The notes beneath the pieces were generated by a model. The model saw only the letters and a list, made by a program, of their open reading frames with translations. It did no database searches and was not told the DNA's origin. From positions 23,128,001 through 23,192,000 of the forward strand of contig NC_086118.1 in assembly GCF_963921235.1 (NCBI RefSeq): 64,000 nt of DNA, in the 5' to 3' direction. The stretch is from Mobula hypostoma (taxonomy: Eukaryota). This document shows, one piece after another, positions 46,197-60,198 of the stretch (position 1 is its first letter; the number at the start of each line of letters is the position of its first letter). The position numbers were made by a program, and so were the translations under genes.

Positions 46197-48762
46197 AAGA
46201 CCATAAGATGTAGGAGCAGAATTAGGCCACTCGGCCAGTAGAGTCCGCTCCGTCATTCCGTCATGGATGATTTATTATGCCTCTAAATCCCATTCTCCTC
46301 CCTTCTTCCTTTAACTTTGATCCCCTGACCAATCAATATCCTGTCAACCTTTGCTTTAAATATACTCAGTGACTTGGCCTCCATAGCTGTCTGTGGCAAT
46401 GAATTCCACAAATTCACTACCCTCCTCATTTCTTTTCTAAATGGATGTTCCCCTATTCTAAGGCTGGGTTCACTGGTCCTAGACTCTCCCACTCTAGGAA
46501 GCATCCTTCCCACATTGACTCTGTATGGACCTTTCAATATTTGATTAGTTTCAATGAGATCCCCCTCAGTCTTTTAAACTCTAGTGAGTACAGCCCAAAG
46601 CCATCAAACACTCCTCATATGCTAACCCTTTCATTCCTAGAATAATTCTTGTGAACTTCCTCTGGACCTTCTCCAATGTCAGCATATCTTTTCTTAGTTA
46701 AGAGGTCCAAAATTGCTCACAATATACCAAGTGTGGTCTCACCAATGCTTTATAAAGCATCAGCATTACAACTTTGATGTTATATTCTAGTCCACTCAAA
46801 ATGAATGCTAACATTACATTTGCCTACCTTACTGTCAACGCAACCAGCCAGTTAACCTTTAGGGAATCCTGCACAAGGACTCCCGAGTCCCTTTGCATCT
46901 CTGATTTTTTTGATGTTTCCCCCCATTTAGAAAAGAGTCTACGTTATTCCTCCTATCAAAGTGCATGACCATCCATTTCTGTATACTGTATTCCATCAAC
47001 CACTTTTTTGCTCATTGTCCCAATCTAAGTCCTTATGCACGCTCCTTGCTTCCTCAACGCTGTCTGCCCCTCCACTTATTTTTGTATTGTGTACAAACTT
47101 GGCTACAAATCCATCAATTTCGCATTCTAAATCATAGACATATAATGTGAAAAGAAGTGGTTCCAGCACCAACCCGTACAGAATGCCACCAGTCACCGGC
47201 CGCCAATCAAAAAAAGCTCTCTTTATTCCAACTCTTTGTCTCCTGCCAGTCAGTCACTTTTCTATCCAATCTAGTATAATTCCTGCAATACCATGGGCTG
47301 TTATCTTGTTAAGCAGCTTCATATGTGGCACCTTGTCAAAGGCCTTCTGAAAATCCAAGTAAACAACATCCATTGACTCCTTTGTCTATCCTACCTGTTT
47401 TTTCCTCAATGAATTCCAACAGATTTTTCAGGCAAGTTTTCTCCTTAAGGAAACCATGCTAACTTTGGTCTATTGTATCATGAGCCTCTAAGTATCCTGA
47501 ACCCTCATCCTTGATAATGGACTCCAACATATTCCCAACTGTGACATTAGGCTAACTGGCTTATTAATTTCCTTCCTTCTGCCACCCTCCCTCCCTAAAG
47601 AGTGGAGTGACATTTACAATGTTCCAGTCCTCCAGAACCATTACAGAATTTAGTGATTTTTGAAAGATCATTACTAATGCCACCACAATCTCTTCAGCTA
47701 CTTCTTTCAGAACCATGGGTTGTAGTCCATCTGATCCAGTGATGTATGGACCTTCAGACCTTTCAGCTTCTTAAGCACCCTTTTCCTCATAATAGCAAAT
47801 TCCCTCATTTCTGCCTGCTGACATTCTTGAATTTCTGGCGTACTGCTATTGTTTTCCACAGTAAAGACTGAATTAATATACTCATTAAGTTTGTCCAGCA
47901 TTTCTTTGTCCCCTATTTTCCAGCAGTCCGATATCCACTCTCTCCTCTCTTTTACTTTTTATATATTTGAAAAAAAACTTTTGCTATCCTCTTTTATATT
48001 AGTTGTCTTCTGTTGGTTTTTAAAAGCTTCACAATTTTCTCACTTCCCACTATTTTTTACTATATTATATGCCCTTTCTTTGCTTTTATCCTCTCTTTGA
48101 CTTCCCTTCTCAGCCATGGTTGCCTCATTCTCCCTTTAGAATACTACTTCACCTTTGCGATGTATCTACCCTGTGCCTTTGATTGCCACCAAAACTTCAG
48201 CCTGTGCAGTTCTGCCATCATTCCTGCTAATGTCCTCTTCCAGTCAATTTACTGCACTATAATACTGAGATGTCTGACTTTAACTTCTCCCTCTTAAGCT
48301 GCAGAATTCTATCTTAATGTGATCACTGCCTCCTAAGTGTTCCTTTACCTTAAGCTCCATAATCAAATCTGGTTCATTACACAACACCCAATGGAGAATT
48401 GCCTTTCCCCTTGTGGGCTCAACCACAGGCTGTTCTAAAAAGCTATCTATTACACTTATTCCCTCTCTTGGGGTTCAGCACCAATCTGATTTTCCCAATC
48501 TACTTGCATATTGAAATCTCCTATCACTATCATAACATTGCCCTTCTGACATGCTTTTTCTATCTCCCATTGTAATTTGTATCCAATATCTTGTCTACTA
48601 TTTGGAGGCCTGTACATACGGTAACTCCCATCAGGGTCTTTTTACCCTTGTAGATTCTTTAATCTACCCTCATAGATTCTACATCTTCCAATCCTATGTC
48701 ACCTCGTTCTAAGAATTTGATTTCAGTTTTTTAACAACAAAAGCACCCCACCTCCTGTGCCT
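46197..48762 (-). mobile_element. Degenerate CR1 LINE
   Basis: 3' UTR with ataag tail at ~46197; RT remnants (ORFs 46283-46537, 46996-47196, 47707-47901). Confidence 0.85.
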
Positions 48763-51700
48763 ACCATAAGACATAGGAGAAGCATTAGACCGTTCAGCCC
48801 ATCGAGTCTGCTCCACCATTCTATCATGGCTGCTGATCCCTGATCCCACTAAACTCCATACACCTGACTTCTTGCCATATCCTTTGACCGTCTGACCGAT
48901 AGGAAATTCAATTTCCACCCTTAAATATACCCACAGACTTGGCCTCCACCATAGTCTGTGGCAGAGCATTCCACAGATTTACTATTCTCTGGCTAAAAAA
49001 ATTCTTCCTTACCTCTGTTCTAAAAGATCGCCCCTAAATTTTGGGGATATATCCTCTGGTTCTGGATCCCCCACCATAGGAAACATCCTCTCCACATCCA
49101 CCCTATGTAGTCCTTTCAATTTTCAGTAGGTTTTGATGAGATCCCCCCGCATTCTTCTAAATTCCAGTGAGTACAGGGCCAAAGTTAACAAAAGCTCCTC
49201 ATAAGTTAACCCTTCATTCCCGGAATCATCCTCGTGAACTTCCTCTGGACTCTTTCCAATGACAACATATCCTTTCTGAGATACGCGGCCCAAAACTGGT
49301 GATAATACTCCAAATGCAGCCTGACTAGCATCTTATAAAATCTCTGCATTATCTCCTTGCTTTTATGTTCTAGTCCCCTTGAAGTAAATATTAACATTCC
49401 ATTTGCCTCCTTTACCACAGACTCAACCTGTAAATTAACCTAGGAGTCTTGCACAAGGACTGCTAAATCCCTCTGCACCTCTGATGTTTGAATCTTCTCC
49501 CCATTTAAATAATAGTCCTCACTTGTTGTTCCTTTTACCAGCATGCATTAGCATACATTTCCCAACACCGTATTTCATCTGCCACTTTTTTGCCTATTTT
49601 CCAATTTGTCTAAGTCCTGATGCAATCGCATTGCTTCGTCAGCACTACCTACCCCTCCACCTATCTTCATATAATTCGCAAACTTTGCCACAAAGCCATC
49701 AATTCCATTATCCAAATCATTGACAAACAACGTGAAAAGTAACAGTCCCAATACTGACCCCTGAAGAATACCACTAGTCACTGGCGGCCAACCAGAAAAG
49801 GCCCCCTTTCTTTATTCCCACTCTCTGCCTCCTGGCTGTGAACTATTCATCTATCCATACCAGCATCTTTTCTGTAACACCAAAGGATTTTATCTTGTTA
49901 AGCAGTCTCGTGTGTGGTGCCTAATCTAATGCCTTCTGAAAATCAAAGTTAATTACATCCACTGCCTCTCCTTTGTCCATCCTGCTTGATAACTTCCTCG
50001 AATAACTCTAACGTATGTGTCAGGCAAGATTTCCGTTTACAGAAACCATGCTGACTTTGACTTATTTTATCATTAGTCTCCAAGTACTCCGAAACCTCAT
50101 CCTTAATAATGGACTCCAACATTTTCCCAATCACTGAAGTTAGGCTAATTTCTTTTCTTTTGCCTTCCTCCCTTCTTAAAGAGTGGAGTAACATTTGAAA
50201 TGTTCTAGTCCTCTGGGACCATGCCAGAATCAAGTGATTCTTGAAAGATTATGACCAATGCATCCATTATCTCTTCAGCAATCTCTGTCAGGACTCTGGG
50301 ATGTGGTCCATCTGGTCCAGGTGACTTATCTACCTTAAGACCTTTGAGTTTGCATAGCACTTTTTCATTTGTAATGGCATTCGTTTCTACTCCCTGACCT
50401 CTGGCACACTGCTAGTGTTGTCCAGAGTGAAGACTGATGCAAAGTACCCATTAAGTTCATCTGCTATTTCTTTGTCCCCCATTACTACCTCACCAGCATC
50501 ATTTTCCAGTGGTCTAATATCAACTCTCACCTCCTTTTTACTTTTTATGTAATTGAAAGAAACTTTTAGTATCCTGCTTTATATTATTGGCTAGTTTGCC
50601 CTCATATTTCATCTTTTCCCTTCTTATAGCTTTTTAGTTTCCTTTTGTTGGATTTTAAAAGCTCCCAATCCTCCAACTGCCGGTTTACCTTTGCTATCTA
50701 TATAATACTAAAACACTCGTGCTCTGTTTGTGACCTCCAATTAGTGCACACGCTGCATTATAGCGGCATTTTTTTTGGCTAAATAGAATTAAAATGCGCT
50801 AACTTACAGAATGCAGGCAAAATTCAGGGTTATATATTCATATAAAATTGCTCATTCGCCAAAAATCAGCAGTCTGGCTTTCACCTGAGACCCAATCGGC
50901 CCTCATGGAAATTGGGAAGCGACAGCCCGACGCATGCGCACGGCCACCCTCAGCAGTGACACCTACCGGAGCAAAAGGGCAGGGCAGCTCTATTTTGAGG
51001 GGTAACATTTTGCTAATCACCAGCATGTGCAGGATTGGGAAAGATCTAATTTCCACCCATCAATAAAAGATAATTAAACCTTATTGTAATGACGTACTTC
51101 CAGACACCCACAAAAACCCTTTGCTGCAGTCAAAGGACGGCGGTGACTATATCACGTCCATTTAGGAGAGCTCCAACCACATCATCAAGAATAATCAGCA
51201 TCCTTTGGTGTTACTGCTTTGTATCTTCTATCCAGCATCAGGGTAAAAAAAATGGTCAGCCAGTTATGCTGCGTGGAAAGAGAAGGGGGACATTATGGTC
51301 AAGAGATGACACCAAATGTCCTCGGGAAGCAGTAAGGAGAGGGAGAGAACAAGAATCAGATGAGGCCAGGGCCACATGACTCCAGGATCAAAGAGTCAGG
51401 ACAAAAAAAGATGAAAGAAGAAGAGACAGAGGAGGAGAGGTATACACGTCTCCAGGATCAGGGACAAAGAACAAACAGCAGAAGAGATGAAGAGACGGGG
51501 GATGAAAGGGCTGCACGTCTCCAGAATGACAAAGAGAGGCACAAGGGTGGCTGATAAACCAGAAATGATGCCATCAAAAGTGTCCTTCATTAAATGAGGA
51601 GCAGCTATATTTGCTTTGCTATGCGTCGTTCTTCTTTAATAAACTGAGGTTTTCTACTTCAGTTTCCAAAGCAAAGCAATACCAATAGCATTCAGGAAAA

Positions 51701-52870
51701 TTTAATGTTCATTCTGGTCACATCAGACTGCACCACCCTTCTCTCAAAGGGTGCCCCAATGGGTCACCCCATTGTCTAGTCTTGTTTAACCTCTCCTTGG
51801 CTTAATACAGTCCTTATCTTCCCCTGTCAGCCATGGTTGCCCACCCCTGCCATTTGAGAACAGCTCCTTCTGTGGGACAAATTTATCATTCACCTTGTGA
51901 ACTATTTCCAGAAACTTCAGCCATCTCTGCTCTGTTGTCATTCCTGCCAGTATCCTCCTGCAGTCCACCTGGACAAGTTCCTCTCTCATGCCGCTGTAAT
52001 TCCCTTTTTTCCATTGCGATACTGATACATGTGACTTGTGCTTCTCCCTCTCAAATTGCAGTATGAATTCATCATATTATGATCACTGCCTCCTCAGGGT
52101 CCGTTTATATTCAGCTCCCTAATAAGATCTGGATTATTACACAACACCCAATCTAAGATGGCCTTTCCCCGAGTAGGCTCAAGCAAAAGCTGATCTAAAA
52201 AGGCATTCAATAATTTCCCTCTCTTGCGATCCGACACCAACCAGATTTTCCCAATCCCCTTGTGTATTGAAGTCCCGTATATTGAAATCCCCCATTACAA
52301 TTGTGTCATTAACCTTATTACATGCCTTTTTCAGCTTCCTTTGCAATCTCAACTCCACATCTTGGCTACTATTTGGAGGCCTATATATGATTCACACAAT
52401 GTTTTTTTCACCCTTGCAGTTTCTTAACTCACCTCCAAAGATTCAACATCCTGTGACCCTGTCGCCTCTTTCTAAAAATGTAATTCCATCTCTTAGCAAT
52501 AGAGCCACACCACCACCTATGCCTCCCTGCCTGTCCTTTTGATACAAGGTATATCCATGGATGTTAAGCTCCCAACTATGATCTTCTTTCACCCATAACC
52601 CAGTGATGCCCACAATGTCATCCCTGCCAATCTCTAAATGCACTGTAATGTGTACCTTATTCTGTATACTGTGTGCAGTCAAGTATAATACCTGCAGTCC
52701 TGTGTTCATCACCCTTTTTGATTTTTTCCCCCCATTTTACACTTCAACTCATCCCACTGACTGCAATTTTGGCCTATCATCTGCTCCTCACAGCCTTACT
52801 GCATCAACTTGTGTAACAACTGCCCCATCCTCAGCCCTGTCACTCCGGTTCCCGTACCCCTGCCAGATTA
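48763..52870 (-). mobile_element. Degenerate near-full ORF2 CR1 LINE (APE endonuclease + RT), interrupted by a Helitron
   Basis: 3' UTR at 48763; TSGILQGSVLGLLLFTLFVNDLD...KFAN (49575-49781); APE N-terminus VLYLTAHSIQNK...IVGITGLW...DRQGGIGGGVALL (52443-52712). Confidence 0.88.
50697..51779 (+). mobile_element. Non-autonomous Helitron
   Basis: Inserted between A50696 and T51780 with no TSD; 5' TCTATATAATA; 3' CTAG; subterminal hairpin gggtgcccc-aat-gggtcaccc at 51749-51769; ETEEERYTRL / ETGDERAARL repeat remnant; the CR1 flanks rejoin on removal. Confidence 0.85.
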
Positions 52871-53892
52871 CTTGTATTAGTTCAGTAAAATGTTGTTCTG
52901 CAGCATTTGGTTTGTCATTCCTGCTGTGTGCAATAGAGACTGGTGAGCAATTATCCATATTCTTAGGAATTAATTGTTGCAATATTCTCACATTTTTAGT
53001 ATTTTGACTTCAGTTAGAATTATTGAGGAATGAAATTAGAACACTGGATTTTTAAAGTAGAATTTTTTTCTTATGAAGATCAATAGCTTTGAAATAATTG
53101 ATGTTAAAATGATGAAGGACTTTGCTTTGGAGTTATTTTTGAAAGGACTATACACAAGTGTGTGATGCCCTCATGACTCCTGGTCGTAACTCCAAATTAA
53201 CAAACTCATTACAATAATTTATGTGAGGCCAGCAAGTACGGTAATTTATGGGCTATTACAAGAAAATAACTCTGAAAGCTGTAGGTTATTATAAAAACTC
53301 AGAATTCATAAATTCATTCATATAACGAGGGCCAAAGAGAGTAACAAGAATGATTGTGGGAAAGAATAATTGTCAAGTAAAGAGGATTTTATGCTGTGAT
53401 ATTTCATTTATTAATTTAAAACATGAGATTATTTTCTTGTAAATGCTACTTAGCTGTGGAGCTATGGTTTTCACCTCTGTTTGAAACTAACTGATAGAAT
53501 TTAATTGCTTGATGGTAACTCCACTTTCATTGTATAACAGGGATTATTGTAAGATAAGACAAACCTTGGTCCATTTTTGATCATAAATTACGTTGTTTTG
53601 TTGCTATTTTCCATTCTCTGTAATCGGGCCTGTGTGACTCAGTCAAGTGTCATTGTCTCTTGATGGTTTCACAGCAACTTGTGATGGGTGATAATTGCCA
53701 GCTTGTAACATAGTCTGCATCTTAACAAATAAGTAATAAGTATCTATCCTGGTAAACAAATAGTTCTTCTGGTCTTTGTTCCCAAGCACTTTGCGAAAGG
53801 TGTTTGGCCTTGGATTCTGAACAGAGTCGAGGAAAAACAGAGCCTGAAATATTTCATTAATTTATTTTGTGTGAGAATGATGAGTGGATGAC

Positions 53893-56800
53893 TCAGTGTC
53901 ATAGAAAAGTACAGCACAGAAACAGGCACTTCAGCTCATCTAGTCTATGCCAAAACCATTTAAGCCATTTATTCCCATCGACCTGCACAGAGACCATTGC
54001 CCTCCATACCCCTACTATCTATGTACCTATCCAAACTTCTCTTAACTGTTGAAATTGACCTCTCATGCACCACTTGTGTTGGCAGCACATTCGACACACT
54101 CACGTCCCTCTTGAATGAAGACGTTTCCTCTCATGTTTCCCTTAAACTTCTCACCTTTCACCCTTAACCCATGACCTCTGGTTGTTGTCCCATCCAACCT
54201 CAAAGGGTAAATGCAAGCAGGCTTTTTCCAATCTATACCCTTCATAATTTTGTATACAGGTGTCCCCCGCTTTTCGAACGTTCGCTTTACGAAACCTCAC
54301 TGTTACAAAAGACCTACATTAGTACCCTGGTTTCACTTTCAGAAGGTGTTTTCACTGTTACTAAAAAAAATTCAGCGTGCGATAAAAGGCAGAGCATGCC
54401 CTGAGCAGCCGCCCTCCCCCGGATTTGGAACGGCATTCTCGCCAGCATTGCTGAAACACGTGCCTGTGAGCAGCCGTTTGCAAGATGAGTTCTAAGGTAT
54501 CGGAAAAGCCTGAAAGAGCTCGTTAGGGTGTTACACTTATGGTAAAACTAGACATAATTAAGTGTTATGATTGTGGTGAACGAAGTAAGGACAATGTGAA
54601 TTTGGCTTGTGGAAGCTGATGAACATGATGTTGAAGAGGTTTTGGCATCCCATCACCAAGAACTGACAGATGAAGAGCTGATGCAATTGGAAGAAAAAAG
54701 GATAACAATCGAAACCGAATGAGTAATGATAAAGTACGACTTTAATTTTGAAAGGGTACGTCGGTTTAGAAGATATTTGCAGGGTTTGAGTCCTTATTAA
54801 AGAACTGTGTGACAGAAAAATGCGCGAGGCTCAGCAGTCAAGCAAGCTGTCCACATCAACCACAGCAGACGACAAACCTCGACCTTCGACATCGAGGCGG
54901 GCGGAGATAGAAGAAGATGAGCTGCCTGTTCTAATGGAAAGAGACGACGAGATGACACCCCAGTGACCCACCACCCCAACCCCCAGGCCATGGACAGATA
55001 CCGATTCGTGGAAAATGCAACGGTAGCTGGGACGCACACAACACATCTTTAAGAAAAAAGCCGAAATAAACATGCTAATTAATTAGGTGCCGCTGACATG
55101 TAACTGTCGGCCCAGATCAGAGACGACGCAATCGGAAATCAGCACTGATCTGGGCCGACAATTACGTGTTGGGCGGCACCTAATTAATTAGCTTGTTTAT
55201 TTCAGCTTTTTTCTTAAAGATGTGTTGTGTGCGTCCCGGCTACCGCTGGACCCCTGCGTGCTTCGCGGCAATGTATCGCTCAGCGGCCTGGAGGGTGGGT
55301 GGCCACTGTACCACCCAAACTCCGACTCAGCCTAACACACCATCATCAGTGTGCTCGGCGCTGAACCAATTCTGGTAAGTGATACTACACTGTACGTACA
55401 TTATTTCTACTTTATATCGGCTGTGTATTTTTATGTGTTATTTGGTATGATTTGGCAGCTTCATAGCTTAAAGGTTACTGAAGAGAGTGTTCTTGCCAAC
55501 AGCGCTTGCGTGAGATTTTCTGCCAACGGCGCTTGCGTGAGATTTTCGCTACGGAGAACAGTTCAGTAATGATTGTGGAAAAGTATTTCTACTTTATATA
55601 GGCTGTGTATTTATCATATCATTCCTGCTTTTACTATATGTTACTGTTATTTTAGGTTTTATGTGTTATTTGGCCTGATTTGGTAGGTTATTTTTGGGTC
55701 TACGAATGCACACAAAATTTTCCCATACAAATAAATGGTAATTGCTTCTTCGCTTTACGACATTTCGGCTTACGAACCGTTTCATAGGAACGCTCTACCT
55801 TTGGATGGCGGGGGAAACCTGTACCTTGATCAAGTCTTCTCTCAATCTTCTCCATTCTAAAGAATACAATCCTAGTCTATTCAATCTTACCTTATAACTC
55901 AGGTCCTCCAGACCTGGCAATATCCTTGTAAATATTCTCTGGACTCTTTCAACCTTGTGTACATCTTCTCGTGACCAAAATTGTGCACAATACTCCAAAT
56001 TAGTCCTCACCCTACACCTTATACAATTTCAACATAAACATCCCAGCTTCTCTACTCAGTACATTAATTTATGAAGGCCAATGTGCCAAAAGCTTTCTTT
56101 GCAACCCTATCTACCTGTGATGCCACTTTCCAAATTATGGACCTGTTTTCCTAGATCCCTTTGTTCTACCATACTCCTCAATGTCCTTCCATTCACGGTT
56201 CCCTGGTTGGTCCTATAAAGTGCAAAACCTCACACTTGTCAGCATTAAATTCCACCTGCTATTTTTCCAGCTGGTGCAGATCCCTCTGCAAGCCATGAAA
56301 GCCTTTCTCATGGCTCACTACGCCCCAATCTTGGTGTCATTGACAAATTTTCCGATCCATTTTACCACATTATCATCCAGATCATTAGTATAGATGACAA
56401 AAAACAAAGGACCCAATACCGATCCCTGCAGCACAATAGACACAGGCCTCTCGTCAGAGAGGCAATCTCTACTACCACTCTTTGGCTTCAAAGCCAATGT
56501 CTAATCCAGTTTACTACCTCATCCTGATTGCCGAGCGACTGAACCTTTTTGACCAGTCTCCCATGTGGGACCTTGTCAAATGCCTTCCTAAAGTCCATGT
56601 AGACAACATCACTGCCTTGCCTTCATCCACTTTCCTGGTGACTTCCTCGAAAAAACTTTATAAGGTTGGTTAGACATGACCTACCTTGCACAAAGCCCTG
56701 CTGACATCAGTTCATGTCTATCCAAATGCTTATATATCCGGTCCCTTGAACACCTTCCATTAACTTTCCCACAACTGATGTCAGACACACCTATAATGTC

Positions 56801-57235
56801 CTTGTTTATGCTTAGAGCCTTTTTTAACCAACAGGATAACATTGGCAGTCCTCCAATCCTCTGTTACCTCTTTAATCGCTCAGGATGATTTAAATATCTC
56901 TGCTAGGACCCTGACAATTTCTGCACTTGCCTCCCGTAGGGTCTGAGGGAGCACGTTGTCAAGTCTTGAGGATTTATCCTCCCTGATTTGCCTCAGAGTA
57001 GCTAACACCTCCTCCTCCTCTAATCTGTACAGGGTCCATGAAGATGTTGCCATTTTGCCTCACTTCGATAGACTCTGTATCCATCTTCTGAGTAAATACA
57101 GATGCAAATAATGCATTTAAGATCTCCCCCCATCTGTTTTGGCTCCACACATGGATTACCATTCTGATCTTCCAGAGGACCAATTTTGTCCCTTGCAATC
57201 CTTTTGCTCTTAACATATCTATAAAATCCCTTGGG
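53893..57235 (-). mobile_element. Degenerate CR1 LINE interrupted by a Tigger element
   Basis: TTTRGHGLRVKG (54063-54245), LEYCAQFWS...LNRLGLYSLE (55795-56010) and further RT remnants to ~57200. Confidence 0.82.
54257..55821 (+). mobile_element. Internally deleted Tigger/pogo DNA transposon
   Basis: TA TSD (54255-56, 55822-23); TIRs caggtgtcccccgc / gcgggggaaacctg; remnants of the CENP-B-type N-terminal HTH (GVTLMVKLDIIKCYDCGERSKD, ~54527-54592) joined to a Tigger1-like C-terminus (DVEEVLASHHQELTDEELMQLEE, ~54626-54695). Confidence 0.88.
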
Positions 57236-57309
57236 ATGTGGTGAAGTGTGTGAATGAGAAGTTTTGAAATGATTACTTTTTGAAGATTAAAACACAGCTT
57301 TTAGTTCTC

Positions 57310-57612
57310 CCATGATTCACTCTAATTTCCCATCAGATTCCTTCTTCACTCCCTTTCTTTTTCCACCTATCACCTCCTAGCTTCTCACTTCACTCTCCCT
57401 CCTACCTTTCCCATCAGAAGGCTTGTACTCCTGCTCAATCCACCTTCTTATTCTAGTTACTTCCACCTTCCTTTCCAGTCCTAATGAAGGGTCTCTGCTG
57501 GAAATGTCAACTCTGTATTCCTTTCCATACATGCTGCCTGACCTTCTGAGTTCCTCCAGCATTTTGTGTGTGTTACTGTGGATTTCCAGCATCTGCATAA
57601 TCTCATGTGTTT
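57310..57612 (+). mobile_element. Old Penelope-like 3'/pLTR remnant
   Basis: ccagtcctaatgaagggtctctgctggaaatgtcaactctg...ccagcattttgtgtgtgtt...ccagcatctgca; hammerhead core decayed. Confidence 0.6.
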
Positions 57613-60058
57613 TGGTGAATTTGGGTATTAGGACTGGAAATTAAGAATATTCTAGTCTTAACTTTTCAATTTGTTTTGAAGTAGCCTTCAGGGATAATTA
57701 GCTTGTACAATTTAGCTGGGTCAACTGAAAAAGAAAAGTTACAATATGTGATTTGTGTCTGAAACAACAATGATAAAAGGAAATAGATAACATTGAACAA
57801 TTAATAAAATCTGCAAAATGAATCACATCTCTCCATTGATATTTCTTGAAACAAAATCTCCTCTTGTGTTGGTATTCATGTGAGCCTGCAGTAAATAAAC
57901 TAGCTGCCATAAAATAAATTAGCTACCATCTTTTTAACATTAAGACCAATGAATGACTTTTAGACTGGAAAGTGCTTTTGATATCCCAGAGGTTATGAAA
58001 TGCTTTATTTGAAAGCAAGCTTTTTTTGTGACTTTTTTTGAATAATCACTCAGATTTGGTTTGGATACAGTATTGTTTGATGTGATTTACAGACCCCTAA
58101 ATATGTCTTGTGGGTTTTGAGCAGCAATTTTGAATTATGAAAGTGCAGTGATGCATTTTTTACAAGGGATCTGAGGCTTCAGAAAGTGAAAACATCAAGA
58201 AACTTTACAATTAATCAGATCATAGTTACAGGCAGATTCTAAGATAGAAAGTCTAAATTGTAATGTTTAATTCAATATAAAGTCATGGGCAGAAATTGAT
58301 AGAATAGGTAGAAAAGAAAAAATGGGATTGCATGTGAATAATGTACAGAATAAAAAGTTTTAACTTTTTAAAAATAAACTAATTGAATACTGAAGAACTT
58401 GAGTTCTGTATAGGTAAAATGAAATTTTCTGACCGGGTAGATTGAGCAGAAATCCATTTACACCAGATGCATGAGGTATAACTTTTCTGTCATGTTTGTT
58501 AGGTAAGTGCAGCAGCTTTACATATTTAATTCTGAAACCCCAGATGTGGTTTTGGTAAAGTTTGTAGATGCACAAGACAAATTGCCTGGCACCTGCTGCA
58601 TATCACATATAAATACAAATGCATGGATGTTGGAAGATTGTCCCAATATTATTCTGCTGTAAGAACGTGAATAAATTAGCTAATTCCAAGACCTTCACAT
58701 TGGTTAGGAAGAGTGTTATGAATGTGTCATAAAATTAGAGAAAGGGCAGAAGTATAAAGGCAGCGTTTTATTCAATGTTATGCTTGGAGTGCAGAATTGG
58801 AGACTGCAGGAAAATATCTCTTCCAAGTGAGGTATTGCAGAAAATATTTGGCAAATGTCTTTAACGTGGAATTTGAAATTTTGTCTTCAGGAAACAGTGA
58901 ATATAGTAAAATAAAATAAATCGTGGCTTATTGTTGAAAGAAACGTATTTTGTGTTGGTTTTGCATAATGTAAGTTTTGGGTCAAGTATTGTATTTGATT
59001 ATTTTATAGCAAGTTTCATGTTCATTTGAGTAGAATAGATAATACAGTGTCTGTAATAAAACAGTCAATGAAAGCTGTTTTAACTCAATGCTCCAGTCAG
59101 TGATCAGTTAAGCACTTGAGTTTTCAGTGAATGAGGATCAGCTGCATATAAAGATACAAATAGTTGACAGATGATAAAATCTGCATTAAACTGATGAGAT
59201 TCTTAAAGAAATGGTAAATTTCCTACTGTATTATTACATAACATCGGCTCAACCATTATATTGCAACACAAAATTAAGAGAGAAGTCAGATATATTTAAT
59301 GTGTGACTTAAAACATTGGGTTCAGCCATGAAAATCTTTAGTCTCAAGCTGCATTTGTACCAACATCTAGTTAATTCCTTATTTCTAATGAATAAATTAT
59401 TGTAACTAAAAAGCTTTAGTAATGACTGTTTTGTGTTAATGAATAAATTCGCTGAGGGCTAATGACTACGTGTTTAATGCATGGGTTAGATGAAAGAGAT
59501 GAATTGTAGATTCTGTAAGAATTTTTATTAATTGTGATGGCCCAAAGGTTACTTCAATTATATGGAAAGCTCCATCAAAATTATCAGGAAATGATCAGCA
59601 TATATTAAGAAGGAGTGGAGATGTATTTCACGTAATGGTGTTTTATTAGGCTGCTGCTTTGTGCCACTGATATTCGTCGTATTTGTTCAGTCCACTGTCT
59701 AGGAAAATCTCTTTTGCCTCAAATTCTTACTTGTTGTCAATTGCAAATATATCATATTAATATGAGGATTATTGCTGGCTGGGCAAAAGTAACATATCAG
59801 CAACCGCCATCCTGTAACACCTCTAAATCAAACATGAAAGCAGCTGATAAAAATTCTCAACCACCACAGTGCCTGATCATCCAAAGTATATCTGACAAAA
59901 GGAAATTGTGAAGTTGTATCAAATATAACATTTGAAAAGTAATTCATAATTGAATAAAATCCACAAGATTCTTGCTGCTAAAAGAATAGCATAAGTTATT
60001 GCTTAAAGCATTATTTCCTGGAGGTGTAATAGTTTGCTTACCTTCCCCCACTTCTTAG

Positions 60059-60198
60059 GTCGGTTGGCTCTGTGTGTTTTCGAGTCTCCTCAAGAAATAA
60101 CTATCATAAAACAACTTCCAAAAGTCATTGTCCAACATTATAGACCAGGAAATGGGGAATGGCTCCAGTTTCGGACTTTTTACCTTCCTAAATGCCAG
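60059..60198 (+). CDS. Candidate internal exon of the + strand host gene
   Basis: Pyrimidine-rich acceptor ccttcccccacttcttAG, donor CAG|GTTAGT, 140 bp, only one frame open throughout (phase 1 to 0): RLALCVFESPQEITIIKQLPKVIVQHYRPGNGEWLQFRTFYLPKCQ. No homology recognised. Confidence 0.3.
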
